Source: Camelus ferus (lineage: Eukaryota). Taken from it: 64,000 bases of DNA. The stretch covers positions 25,298,001-25,362,000 of the forward strand of contig NC_045696.1 of assembly GCF_009834535.1 (NCBI RefSeq), read 5' to 3'. Made by a program: the position numbers and the translations under genes. The notes beneath the pieces were generated by a model. That model searched no databases, was not told the origin of the DNA, and saw nothing but the letters and a program-made list of their open reading frames with translations. Shown here piece after piece: positions 11,253 through 24,256 of the stretch (position 1 is its first letter; every line of letters begins with the position of its first letter).

Positions 11253-12399
11253 AAAGATAGAAGGCGACTGAATGTCTTGTAACATTTTATGGAGCAAAAC
11301 TCAATTACCTGTATCCAGACTTTTTCATGAGAGAAAAATAAATTATTTTTATACTACTATCACTTTTTGTCTCTGACACTTAAAACTTAACTCTCTACTG
11401 ATATATAGCTAAAGGTATTGATAAACCTGATAGCTCCTCCTACAGCAATTCCGAATTGTTAATAAGAATTTGTCATAGCAGGTAGTTAGACATGGCAAAA
11501 AATTCAGTTTTACAGTTCTTCAATATTACTTCCAATTTGTTTAAAATTTACACTATTTTCCAACTTATAAACAATCTGAGAATTGCAGTTTGTTTGTTTT
11601 TTTCCAAAGAGCAATGTTAGCTGTGCAACGGTTGTATCTGGCATCTTCAACATTTATGATATAGGCACTTTTTCTTAGGAGATCTACTGTTTAACTAGAA
11701 ACAGAACCAACATTAGAGTATTTCTGGGGTCTCAAGAACACTCTAGGGAGAGCCAGAGCAGATTCAACCGTATATATTAATACTTACTGTACCTACATCC
11801 TCATGGGACTCTGTAACACTGTGATTTAGTGACTTTCTAGCTATTCAGCTAGAAAGACTATTTTGATTTTGTATTTTTGAGGAAAAGAATATCTCATGTT
11901 AGAGTAAGTTTATTACATAAATACTAAAAAGAAACAACATTTCTTTTAAAAACATCCTATTGATATCTCCTATAGATATGAAGTGTTTTATGTAATTGGT
12001 GTAGCATAGCTAATAGACCATGGCAAGCTTTCTAGCACTGTCCTTTAAATGAACTTTACATAAGCCCAAGAAAATACCTCAGATGAAGTAAAAGTATATT
12101 TTATAGGTTTAGGCATGTTTAACTAGATTCCAAGACTTATTCTCTAAAAATTCACTAAGATGTCTCTCCAGGACCTATATTCCTCCTTCTTTACAGAGGA
12201 GTCATATAATCGTTTGCAATTTAAGTTAACTATGAGTTAATATAGTCTGGCAATTAATTTTTCTCAGAAATCCCCAAACATACTAAATTTTATTCAAAAA
12301 TTTCAAACTTGTCTCTAATTTTATTTTATCATATTAAAATGTATATAAACATAATGGACTAGGTGTTAAGCTTTCCCTTTCAAGATAATTGTTGAACAC

Positions 12400-12660
12400 T
12401 AGAGTAGCATATCAGAGATACGTAGAGGAGATTTTTTTCAAAACACAACTCCCACACATGGCTTACTGACTCAAAACCACAGAGCTGTAGCCTGATAAAT
12501 TCCTTTTTCTTAAGTAGAATGGAACCTTCAAATTTTAGTTGGTCACATGGCTACCCAGAATGAAGACCACTTTGCAGCTTTGTTCTCATACCTACCTGAG
12601 GCCAGGTGATGTCTCTAGATGATTCAAATGGGCCACCAACGTTTAGAATCACTCTTCGAT
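12400..12660. mobile_element. MER5-like hAT relic interrupted by an LTR33-like fragment (about 12500-12610)
   Basis: gcatatcagagatac...ttactgactcaaaa and gatgattcaaatgggc...tttagaatcact flank aatggaaccttcaaattttagttggtcacatggctacccagaatgaagacca. Confidence 0.4.
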
Positions 12661-13340
12661 GGCTTCCAATTAGCCTGAATCTAGGGGCTGACTGAGATCC
12701 TCCCCTTTGGGACACTGACAAGTCTTGGCACACACTCAATAACTAGGAGCTGTTAGCAAATAAAAATAGAATTACTCTTCAAAACAAAGCTTATGTGGAG
12801 CAAAATATCAATCTGCTTTTCTCAGTTGAAGTTTTTAAAACATATTATGTAGTAAAACCACAACTAGAACCCATAAATAAAGACATACAAGGCTCCACTT
12901 GATTTTTTTAATGAAAGGGAACAATAACAAAAACCAAATGCAGTATTAGGAGTTCATTTGAAAGTTCAACTTACCAGTTTGCTCTGATCTCTTTCCAGAT
13001 TCAGCCCTACCTTGCCACCTCTTATAACTGCAGGCTAATAGCAAGAGAACTGGTGTGCCTGCAGCCCAGTGATCCTTGGGTACTGCAGGGTCTTAAATCA
13101 GAAGGGTTCAGAAATGTTCACTCCACATTCACTCCACAGAAACCACTGGCAAACAAAAAAGGAATGAAAATCTTTTGAAATATTTCTCAACAGCAATGAA
13201 AACAAATGAATTTTTCTTTTTGTTAAATAAGAGATTTCAGTTAACCAAAGTTGATTTTTTAACCTTAGTATAACTATAATATTTATACATAAAGTTAATA
13301 TATAGTTATAAATAAAGTTAATACATATTATATGTCACCA

Positions 13341-13846
13341 TGTTACTGAGACCAAACTTGTTCTGTTCGCCGCATGACAGGCCAATAAATCGGGAGACGA
13401 GGGGCTGGGGCAAGGAATAGCTACTTTATTCAGAAAGCCAGCAGACCAAGAAGATGGCAGAACCATCTTACTGAAGTCAGAATTAAGGCTCCTTTTATAC
13501 TAAAAAGGGAGAGGGTGTGGTTGGTTGTTGCAAACTTCTTGCTGTAAGAATTCTTTGTTCTTGCAGCTGTCCACGTGGGTCAATTTTACAGGCTGCTATA
13601 AAACTTCAAACAAAACAAATGTTATTTTCTATTCTGCAACTTGCTATCTTTATATAAGTGCAAAAGTGTTAATACCCTTAAAGATCAGAGCCTTGAGAAT
13701 AGGCTTTCTTCTTTACCAGAGAGGTTAAAGGCAACACTCTTACAAAAGGTGCACAGCTAGTAAGACTAAGCCTGGAAAACAGGGCACAGGGTTAAAGCCA
13801 AAAGAAGAGATCAAATATGGAGTCAGAATTGTTCTTCTCTATTAAA
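13341..13846 (-). mobile_element. ERV1-type solo LTR of an artiodactyl family (MER41-like; name uncertain)
   Basis: Starts TGTTAC and ends ctattaaa (TG...CA ends degenerate). Minus-strand AATAAA (ctttattc, about 13425) and TATA (ttttatact, about 13495). Flanks acca/ccca resemble a 4-bp TSD. Confidence 0.8.
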
Positions 13847-14742
13847 CCCATAACTTGTACAGATTTCAAGGCATGTTTCTCTTATTGAGCATATGGAATG
13901 ATTTGTGTTTACAGTGGACTGAGGTAGAAGGGACATATCCAATATTTCATTGATTCCATTTAAGTAAAACATGGTAAGAACAAAAAAATTAGAATGTGTT
14001 TTTAATATAGCATTGAAATATTCAAATCTGTATTTTGGCTTGGGTAGTCAAAATAGAATGCTACAGAATTGGAGAGTAATAACAGTAATTAAGACAATGT
14101 TTTATTTATGTATATATGTACAAATGCATGTATTAACAAACTTCTCTATGGTCTTTCAAGAGTTATCAAGCTAATACTACGGCTGATTTACAGCTCTCAT
14201 CTTGATTAAATCCCAGCTAAACTTTTCTGATGGCTTATTAATACAGCATATAAAATATAGTTAGGAGAGTGCAACCTGTAGTTATTAGAGAATAATCATT
14301 GTCAGGTTAAGACGAGGGAAAGTTGTTGGGGAGCCAGACAGCTAAGTTTCGCCCAATGATTTTCTCTGGCTTTTTTTGAGAAATAGAAGGACATAGAATT
14401 TTCCAAACAGGAATGATTTTTCCTGATATACACATTATCCCTGGGCCCCTCCCAACATGCCAGCAAAGTAAATCCACCACTTATTTGGTCTATTATAAAG
14501 GGGTCAGGGGGATGAACAATTCCTTGTAAGTAAATTGTAATAGGAGAAATGGGAGCCTTTTTTCAAAGTACAAGAACATAAACAGACTATTTTCATTGGT
14601 GCTGCAGAGGAGCACCCTAGTAAGATGTGTTCTGTGGGTACTTTGAGAGCTTCAGTCAAGAAGAGCATTTGTTCTTGCTACACTGCAGTGACACAGTGGC
14701 TAGAGGAATCATCACCTATGGTCAGACAAGCTGAAGGTACCG

Positions 14743-14966
14743 CAGAGTTTCTCAGTTTGGACACTGTTGATATTTCTGGCCAGGCTTATTTTTCTTTTGG
14801 GGGGACTGTCCTGGGCATTATAGGATGTTTGGCTGCACTTCTGGCCTCTAGCCAGTACGTGTCCTAGCATCCTTTCACCCCTCATTGCAAGAACCAAGAA
14901 ATGTCTCCAAACGTTGCCCAATGTCCCTTGGGGAAAAGGTATAATTTCCCCCCATTAAGAACCACC
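14743..14966. mobile_element. MER20 (hAT-Charlie MITE)
   Basis: cagagtttctcagtttggacactgttgatattt...gggactgtcctgggcattataggatgtttggc...aaatgtctccaaacgttgcccaatgtcccttgggg...aagaaccac. Confidence 0.88.
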
Positions 14967-15489
14967 CAGCTACCTAATGACCGAACTCACAGAATTTTCA
15001 TAAACGTGATCTGCTCAATTTGCAGTCACATCTAATGAAGTGAGTACAATCTGTGAGGTTAAGAAAAACATATTGGTAGAAAAATCAGCTCTTCAAATGC
15101 TTGGTAATATTCTCAGTTGTAAACTCAGTAGAAAAGGTTTTATTTTGTACATTTTCAGTCATTAAATGCATAGCAGAATGGCTGACATCACACCATTGTT
15201 ACCTAGTATTAGAGATTAGTGAGTTTATATCCCTGTTAAGAAAACAAATAAAAGATAAGATGGTGTTTATTGAGTATAAATATCAAGATGTCAAGGAGTG
15301 TTATTAGGAAAGAATAAATAGCTATATTAGAATAAAACTTAATGTAATTGCTAAGATACCTAAGTCTTACTTAATGCTGTCAAAGTTGGAGCAAATGTTA
15401 GTAGGTCAGACAAAATCTAATTTATAAAGACGTATTTAAAGAAGAGAGTTGAGACAATGAAGCAATGTTCCATTCTTCCCCGTGTCTAT

Positions 15490-15625
15490 TTAGTTCCCAA
15501 AGTCTTAAGGATAAAGCATCTTGATAATAGGGTCTTATTAAAATTTGTCTTATTCATCTTAAAATACCTAGCATTTTACGTGGCTCAAAATATGTGGTTA
15601 TTAAATGTTTGTTGAATTAATAGAT
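15490..15625 (+). mobile_element. L2 3' tail fragment
   Basis: tttgtcttattcatct...cctagca...taaatgtttgttgaattaat. Confidence 0.55.
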
Positions 15626-15649
15626 TATGATACTAAATTTTATAATTTA

Positions 15650-16190
15650 TTTCAAATTACTCTCTTCCTACTGTTTTAGTTCAGTTTGCAAATACATCTT
15701 GCTTGGAATATCGCTATCTTTCTAAATGCTTTTTTTGCCTCCAATTTCACTCTCCAACATCCTGCAGCCAAAATTTTTTTTTTTTTTTGAAAACCGATTT
15801 TGGATTATGTAATTTCCTTGGTTTAAACTCATCATTGACTTCCTCCTATCACCAAGAGAAAAGCCTAAGATAGTAAGCGTATTTTAAAAATTTAATCTAG
15901 CCCCTGCCTATTATTGCTACCTCATCTCCTGCTACTCACCCATATGCTCAGATCTCCCAGCCATGCTGTCTTCCTGGCAGTTCTTGGAAGGATTCAGGCT
16001 TTCTTGCATCTCTGTGACCAGGCTCATGCGACTCCCTCAGCCTGAATTATTCTCTGCCTCTCGCCTGACTTGACCTAGTCCTAAAATATATACTTACCAC
16101 TTGATTCTTAGTCAAAAGGCCATCGTCTCAGCCTGGAATATCCTAGCAGAACCAAGTCTTTCTCCTTTCTTTCACTGCACTCTGTTTTAA
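15650..16190 (+). mobile_element. L2, interrupted by MER44, continuing to about 16660
   Basis: ctgcagccaaaa...ggattatgtaatttccttggtttaaactc...gcccctgccta...cccagccatgctgtcttcctggcagttctt...ccctcagcctgaat. Confidence 0.7.
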
Positions 16191-16192
16191 TA

Positions 16193-16551
16193 CAGTATCC
16201 CCACCCGCCACCCCCATCCATGGTTTTTGTTTTCTGTGGTTTCAGTTACCTGTGGTCAGCTGTGGTCCAGAAATAGTAAGTGAAAAATTCCAGAAATAAA
16301 CGAGTCACAAGTTTTAAATTGCAAGAGGTCATATTTACATAATTTTTATTACAATATATTTTTTAAATTGTTCTATTTTATTATTAGTTCCTGCTGTCAA
16401 TCTCTTCCTATGCCTAATTATAAATTAAACTTTATCATAGGTATGTATGTATAGGAAAAAACGTGTGTGTGTGTGTAGAGGGTTTGGTATTATCCCTGGT
16501 TTCTGGCATCCTCGGGGGATCTCGGAACATATCCTCTGTGGGTAAGCGGTG
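16193..16551. mobile_element. MER44/Tigger7-derived MITE (TcMar-Tigger)
   Basis: TA followed by cagtatcccc...tttcagttacctgtggtca...aaaattccagaaataaac...ctaattataaattaaactttatcataggtatgtatgtataggaaaaaac...ggaacatatcc. Confidence 0.88.
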
Positions 16552-16939
16552 TATATACCACCTTTATGGAACTCTGTGCAGTCTTCCTGACAATTTATTA
16601 CACCCTACATTAAAGCATTTATTGTGTTTTGCTCTAAGTATCTGTAAGTCAGGTCTTGCTGGGTTTTTCTCTTTCCTCCTGTTTTCCTTAAAGAAAATGT
16701 AGATGGTGAGGAAGTTTATTCCGATTGCTCCTCTCAGGAGGCCTCCTCTGGGACCTTCTCAGCCCTAGACCTCCCTGCAGCTGCCAACGCCAATGGAAGA
16801 CTCCGTGTCACAGATACCATAAGAGCCCCCTCAATTCTCTCATTTCCCAGCCCCACTGGAGCCCTGTCTGGTCTCCCCAGACCCACGCAGCAGACTTTGG
16901 AAAACAGAAGCACAAAGGCAAGCTCTGAGCCCACACAAT

Positions 16940-17385
16940 ATTCAAATCTGGCTCTGTCTTTACTCCTTATATGATACTGAACAAGTAATTATCCGTAAAG
17001 TATGAATGAGAATGTGTTCATCAAGGTTTTTGTGAAGATGGAAAAACTAAAACCCATAGAACCCGGCACCTATTGCATGTGCCATCATTATTTGTTATTC
17101 TTTTATATAAAGATGTCACTTAAGAGCCAGCTAGTTCAGAAGGGTTAAGAGCACAGAGAGCAGTTTAGTAGAGAGCACAGTGTAGTGATTTGCAAAGTCT
17201 TAGAACTGAGCTTTTTGACTTCAGAAAAGCTTGACAACTTTGAGTAAGTTAAAAAGTTCTCTGTGCCTCAGTTTCTTAATGTACTAAATGGAGATTGTTA
17301 TTCCTATTTCACTGAGTTTTTGTCAGGATAAATGATTTAATTCATGTAAGGTACTTGGAACTTGTAATCAGTTAGCTAGTTTATT
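16940..17385 (+). mobile_element. Two adjacent MIR elements (about 16940-17100 and 17175-17385)
   Basis: ttcaaatctggctctg...; ctctgtgcctcagtttctt...aaatggagat...aggataaatgatttaattcatgtaaggtactt. Confidence 0.7.
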
Positions 17386-18649
17386 TTTTTTATATTAACT
17401 TAAGTGGGAAGGCATTTCCACACTCATACCAGTGCAGAAATGTGTCTCATGAGAACGACCCCTCCACTCAGTATTTCTCTTCTTCTTCAAACACCACCCT
17501 TATTCATTCTCTTTGGTACTCCCATCCATCTGAGGTTTCCCCTTCTTCCTTGTGGCATCTAGAGACTCTGATTAGCACTTCATGTGTCAGTCAGATGAGT
17601 CTAGCAGAGAATGGCTTTCCCTCGATGAGCGATGGTGATTTGGTTTCTCCAAATCCAGTTTAATTTCTCTACCCGAGAGAGCTGTGGGTTGGTGGTGACC
17701 AGGGGTCACCAAGAAGGAAGTAAATCTTGAAGATTTAAACTTGAAATTTTCTTAGAGTCTGTCCAACTGTATCCCTATACTAAAGAAAGAGTGCTTTTCC
17801 TATTAACCTCCTTCTGGCCAGACCCTTCTGAAATGTTGAATGTCTCTACCGACTTCCTTTTATCATGTTTACATTTGATATTTTCCTCTTCATCCTAAGG
17901 CCCAGGTAATTAAAAATGAGAAACCTCACTAATTATGAAAGGTTATGTTCTTTCTTTCAAGGGGATTGGAGCCAGTTGACTGTAAATAAGTTTGGAGAAT
18001 CCTCCTCAGAAGGTGATGGTGAGAAGTTCACCAATTCATCTCACCAACTTCTGTTTACATGCTTGTAAGGAGAGAGGAAAGGATCAAGTAAAAAAGGTGA
18101 AGACTGACTAGTAAAGGGAAAACAAGTTTCCGACTTATATAAACTTAACGATTTTAAAGCATCCAGAGACATAAAATTTTAAATTCTCTGTTTATAAAAC
18201 AAGCATGATATGAACTCTTCTCACTTCCCTCAAAAGTTTTCAAATTAATTGAAAGTTGAATACAAGTTGATTATTGTTTTTAAACTAAGGGATGAGCTGA
18301 GAGTTTGCTTTATGTATCCCACTAATATCTTTGACAAACATTCTTTCCTTTATATAAAAGCAAATTTTAATAACTATATTTTTAAATGTAATATAGCTAA
18401 TCTTAATAAGGTAAATTATTCTTCTAAAAGTACCTCTTCCAATAGCATGAGTTGAAAAGGCCAATTTATCCCATTTTGAAAGTGGTAACATCATAAAAGT
18501 GGAGGTTATCATTATATAGCAATTGATTACTCTGAAGTACATAAATGCATAATTCATGCATTGTGGCTGACTGATTAAAGGAATAAGTGACCATGTAGAT
18601 AATACTAAGATGTAGACAGATTTCAAATATTGGCCAGAATGTTTCAGTC

Positions 18650-19400
18650 ATGCTAATTCACTTCAGGCAGTGCAGACCAAATTAACTTTTATTTGATTTG
18701 CCTTCACCCACCTCCTCTTTGACAATCCAGGGGCGTCGTCCTGTGCCCGGATGTTAATTATAACCACACCTTGTGATCAGTAATGTTTTCCTAAATATAA
18801 TTACAGAAGACCGAGAGACTCAGGGAGCTTTTTGTATTTCCATGGTGATGTACACACACAAATAAAAAAAATATGCTTCCCTGAATGTGTCATTAGCACA
18901 GCCCTGACAGAGTCTTTGTTGGTATTTCCAAAAGTTTGTTTAAAGCGTTCACAGTGGTTCATTCAGATGACACAGAAACGCCCAGAGAAACTGACATTAA
19001 TACAGAAGAGGACTGAAACTATTGAGAACTTGCCACGTCTGCTGTATTGCTGGGGATAAAAATCATACACTGATTGTTGTTCTTCTAATAAATATTTCAG
19101 ACCTTTTTATGAATAATTAGTGCAGATGCAATCCCCTTTTAACATCATGAGGTGAAGTGAAGGAAAAACTAAACACGTTTCAAGTTCTGCATCTTTCCCT
19201 ACTACGTTGCTGGAATCCTCGTCTATGCACACAAAAGATTAACTACCCTCTGTGCATATTATATTTTGCTCTGCCCTTAATATTCTGAAGCGGGGCTGAA
19301 GCAGTCGTTATCTGTGGCGGTTCCTGGGTGATTTTCAAGCCCAGCACTACCCACCCAAGTGGCAGTGACACCGGCTTTCACTGAAGCCTTATTACTCTTA
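18650..19400 (+). promoter_or_regulatory. Candidate non-CpG-island promoter
   Basis: Unique, repeat-free sequence with locally retained CpGs, directly upstream of the candidate first exon. The TSS cannot be fixed from sequence alone. Confidence 0.4.
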
Positions 19401-19958
19401 AAAGAGCAATTTGGTTGGTTGCACGGCTATTAGGATCACACAGCAGCCTGAAAGCTGTCAGTACAACTGCTTCTCATCTTTTTCACACAATCCTGACATC
19501 TTTTCTCTTTTCTGCTGGACACAGACATTACTGTTTTTATCATTTTCAATCAAGCTCACCCAGAACGCTGAGGAATATATTCCCACTGAAAGCAAAGTGG
19601 AGATCAGAAATTATTTTATAGCTCCAGGAGCAGTGCTGACTGCGTGCTGGGAGAGCCGGATCGGATCGTGAGAAATGTAGCTTGGCTCAGGGCTACATCA
19701 GGGAGCTGCTCCTTCAGCTGTTAAAGATGGCAAAACACCACCTACCTCAGGTTTTTCAATGATTGATGCTCTTTTAATAACCGGGAGGGAAGAGGATGTG
19801 AGAGATTTTGTGAAATTAACTTGTGGAAATGTTATCATCAGAGAAAGTGGGGAAAATTACTAGGCTTGAACTTCTCTTCGTTTTGATGCTCTTTTTCTCT
19901 GGACCAACTCAGAGCAAGCTGACTCGGACCCCCTGGAAAGGAAAACCTTGGAAAGGGG
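19300..19958 (+). other. Candidate long non-coding first exon (5'UTR) of an unidentified gene; start approximate
   Basis: Unique, relatively GC/CpG-retaining sequence ending in the consensus donor GGG|GTAAGT (GT at 19959-19960), inside the repeat-poor block. Only short ORFs are present. Confidence 0.5.
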
Positions 19959-22426
19959 GTAAGTGATGAAAGTTTTGTGTTAAAGCTCTAAATGGAGTTA
20001 GCAAGGCTAGTCAGTGGGAACTTGAGGGCAGCTTGAGGGCAGCTAAAGGTAGGGGAACTGCTTCTGTCTGGAATCAGATTTTTAATTCAGGAAAGAGGAT
20101 CTGTGTTGCAGGTGGCTAGGAAAAAGAGTTTTTCCTCTCTTATTGATATAAATATATTTTTGCAATTTTTGGTTTTGCGGGCTTTCAAAGCATTATGAGG
20201 ATTGTTTCCAGCAGGGAGGATATAGGGCAAAATGCATGTTGCTCTAGTGCAAGGCTATGTGTGTTATCCTTAGGAAGCTGCATTATTTTAGAAAAGAAAT
20301 GGGTCCTGACTATGTTAGCTTCCTGAATTGTTAGCAGATTTTATGAAATGATCAGACGGATGTTATGAAATGCAGTGTTGCCAACACTGATTTTCTGGCT
20401 GACTCCATCAGTGTTGATGTAGTAATAAAGATAAATTGCATTAACTTTATTGAAAAAAAAATCAGCTGAAAGAGAACAAGCCTTTCAATAATTGAGAGTG
20501 TTGTAATCCATTTTCTTCTGCTGTCGAAAAATTATGTGATGAGAGAGAATTTTTGGGACTTTGGTCCTGCCTTTCTATAAAGTTCACTTGATTCTGCTTT
20601 ACCTGAATGCCATTTGTTTATACTAAACACAAGTTATCAGGGTACCTGCTCTGTGAACGCTGTAAGCCAAAATGTTGCCGCAGAAATATCCCATGACAGA
20701 CTTTCTGGACCATGTGTGCATGTTTTGAGGGAAAATCTCGATGAGAGATATCTAAGATTTTGCTTTGCAGATGCATCCTTTTCACCTAATATTTTTTTTT
20801 CTCAGTTCTAGGAATGTTTTCTGGGTCTGCCCACCTTTGCTTTGCTGTCAATGTTACAATACGAGGTTAAAGAGAGGCATGAACATTAACAAGAAGTTTT
20901 AATAATTTATCACAGCATCTCAGCAGGATTTTCTAAATACATGAGGTCCTTCAGTTTGATCTTTCTGTTTCTCCCTTTGTTGCATTAAAGATATTGCAAA
21001 TCTTCCACCTACTGTACTTTTGAGGGAAAAGTTCCTGCAAGCACGTAGCTTCAGTGGTTGCTGCAGATGCGGCCCCAAGGAGTGGAGCTGCAAATTATCT
21101 TCAGGCCTTGTAAGCTGCATCACCACATTGCTGTCTTTCCTGGTGTTATCAATGGATTTTCAAGGGTTTTTTCCTTGCAAACTGCAAGCTGTTATTCATG
21201 TTAGCCTGCATGGCAGCTTTTTGGTGGCTTGGGATCTAGAGATATATAGTGTTATCAACTCTAGGGGACATCAGGAGGGTTGACTTGCACTTCCTATATA
21301 AATTTTTCAAAGACAGTAGGCCCTGCTAGTATCATTTCCTGTGACAAACTTTAGCAGTAGACTTTGCAGCCTTAGCCACCCAGTGAGAAAGTTAGATAGC
21401 TGCAAGATTTTAGAAAAATGGTTAACCTAGTCAGAAAGGTTTATTTCAAGGCACGTGTGTTCCTAGGCAGTTATTCATTCAAAAAGCTTTAAATACAGAT
21501 GCACTGGGTTTTATTTGTAAATCAAGCCTGAAATGTGTCATCTTTGAACATGTGACTACTTTTTCCAATGGACTGTAACTTGCTCAGCTAGAAATCTGCT
21601 AGCTTTGCTGACAATGTGATACGACTCAGTCAAGTTCAGGAACAGGCAATCATAGCAACAGATTTCGTTTACTGTTAAAAGAGTCTTGTGTATTTTTGGA
21701 AGGTCAGGCAAGTTACTGGATAACTTTAAACGTGTTGCCTGTTCTTTACTTTTAAAATTATTTCTTTTTTTAGTGCCTCTTTTTGTCACTGTGTGTGCAT
21801 TGCATAAATATTTTCTAGAGATTCTGAGTTCCTGCAAAGTAGCTTTACCTTGATCTGCATATGTGCATGTTGTAAATAGTTATTTATTCATGAGCTTGGC
21901 TATTGATGGTTGTGTGAGTTGTGAAATTCTGTTACTTTTCTCTTGGCACATTATACAGTCTTTTCAAACATATTTTTACAATTCTTCAACATTGTTTTCT
22001 TTGCCAGAAGTAGGGAATACCTACTTTGTAGAATACCTAGCTGAGGCATATGTATATACTGGTTGGGGTGGGGAGGGGGAATGAGCCTTCTTCAGTTAAA
22101 CACTATGGCCGGAAGCAAAGAGGATCAAGGCTCAAAACGCAAAATATTTAAAAGGTTACTTTACTTTTTAAAATTTGCTTGATATCAATACCAATTCAAG
22201 CTTATCTGCTTTACAGAACAATCTTTAAAACTGACATTCTATTTCTAAAAAATTCTGAAAAAGAGTAATAGTAACAAAACAACAGTTTTTTCTTCTGAAA
22301 TGATTTTTTTTTTTTTTTTGCATTCACATTGCCTATGTGCATTTGTCTTAATCTGATTGAGCAGCTGTCAACCTCCATATGGCAACCTGCCCACACTGAC
22401 AATTTCCATTTTTGTTGTATTAACAG

Positions 22427-22549
22427 GGGCCACCATTCTGAGAGAGGGGTTGGGGGCAGGGCTGAGGAGTGGTAGCATCATAGAGCAGGGAATAGCGGTG
22501 GCCTGTGAGAAGTGACGCTGACAGCTTGTGGCCAGTCTGCTCAAAACAG
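22427..22549 (+). other. Candidate small non-coding exon
   Basis: Branch-like CACTGAC (22394-22400), T-rich tract, AACAG acceptor (AG at 22425-22426), purine-rich body, donor CAG|GTATCT (alternative TCT|GTAAGC 6 nt further). Confidence 0.3.
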
Positions 22550-23969
22550 GTATCTGTAAGCTGACTGGTTAGAACGATTGGAAAAAATGCTGATTATTGT
22601 TGGCTACCCAGGGATTTTTAAGCTCATCAATGAACATGAATCTCAAATATAGGTTAGTAGGCCAGCAAGTTTTCCCTCAGGCGCATGCTTTTCTATTTAA
22701 TCACAATATATGAACTCCTCAAGGGAAGGTGGATGTCTCTTCTGATTAGTTCAGAGCATAGCATAAATGATCATAAGTTTGCATTTCATGATAAACTAAC
22801 CAGATATCTTAAACACACTGCTGACATCATCTTCATTTGGCTTAAAGGAACTAATTATTTTTCATTCAACTACTTTCACTGAAAAGAAAGTCTGAGAGGT
22901 GTAAACAGCTCCCCTCCAATGAGCATAACTTTACAGAGAAGTTTACATTGTGGATGGTCAATATTGCTAACAAAATGGGAATTTAAAATTATATCGTTTT
23001 TTAAAATGTCTGCTATTGGGAATTAGAATTTAAGCTAAATTTTCATAGTTACCAGTTACTATCAAAAGTGAAGATAGGAGGTAAATGTACATAAAGAGGA
23101 AAAGAGGTGTAAATGTTGTAAGTGGGTGAAGGTGGAACCAAGGAGGGTAGTCAGAACATTACCCACCTGGGCCAACAGGAACACTGACCAATCAGAGCAG
23201 CTGCTGATGAAGCTAGGGGGAGGGGCCAACCCCCCATCAGTCATTAATGTCCACCCACAACTTCCCTTAACCTTGCCTCCATTTAAATCTCCTGAAAGTC
23301 TGCTGAGTTCACTCAGGCGTCTCAGTTATGATAGGAGTTTAACTATGGCAAGAGAGCATAAAGTTATCAAAACTTTTGACAATTCAGAAGATTCTTTCAC
23401 AGAACATTCATACTTGCTTCCTTTTATAAATTACAGCAGCCGGTTGTCCATGTCTATTTTTTGCTAAGCCAAGAAAACCTCTCTGGCAGTTTTCTCCCCC
23501 TCTATGAAGGGTTAGAATGTATTATGAGCATTCTGTGGCGTTATGTTATTTTACTTCATGGTGCGTTGAAGCGGTAACATGGGAATATTCAGGGAGTGCC
23601 ATTTTAGGTTTCATATAGTTATCTGCATGGTCCCGTATAATGTATTAATACTTACTTAGAATTTTTTTGGAATATGCTCTAGTTTTGTTTTTGTTTAAAC
23701 CTTGAAAGTTTAAAAAAAAATGTGCTGATGCCTACTACCTATAAGCCCATTTTTAGAATATTGCTTCTGAAGTCTTTCCTAGTTACATGAGCCAGTAAAA
23801 AACTGTATTTTGTTTTAGCAAGTACCTCACACAATCCAACATCTCACATTCTTTGTTATTGTGTAAGAAATAAAGGCTTTCACTAATAAAATTTGAATAC
23901 TCATGATTTACTCTTTAACCAACACCAAAATAATTTAAGATTTCGTGGTTTGAAGAAATATAAATGGAT

Positions 23970-24256
23970 CATTTTGCCTTTGACATTTCTCCTGGAATGC
24001 CCCTTTACCCCTATACTAGCCTTGAATGCTGGTTCAAATGTCCCTCAACCACATGCTGAAAGTAGTATTTCATCTTTTGAATGCTAGGACATTTTATTTA
24101 GAGTAGAAGGCATTTGCCAGTTTTTACATGTATCTATGTCTTACATGTTTGGCACTTTGTAAATTATTTGAACAGTAATTTTGTCTTTGATTCATCTTTG
24201 TTAACATGCTATCTTGCACCTAATAGATGCTCAATAAATATTATTAGATGAATGAG
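23970..24256 (+). mobile_element. L2 3' end
   Basis: ctcctggaatgccc...ttcaaatgtccct...ttcatctttg...taatagatgctcaataaatattattagatgaatga. Confidence 0.6.

Noticed and set aside
13117..13138. Short tandem duplications (ttcactccaca x2; also cttgagggcag x2 at 20021-20042 and a ~28-bp unit at 32514-32568)
   Set aside because: Ordinary replication-slippage duplications with no sign of function.
17693..17711. Inverted repeat TGGTGACC-agg-GGTCACCA as an oestrogen response element
   Set aside because: The half-sites are everted relative to GGTCAnnnTGACC, and short palindromes (also at 31466-31491) are expected by chance.
19300..19958. Assigning a gene symbol to the candidate first exon
   Set aside because: No coding exon lies in the window and I cannot reliably recognise the UTR sequence.
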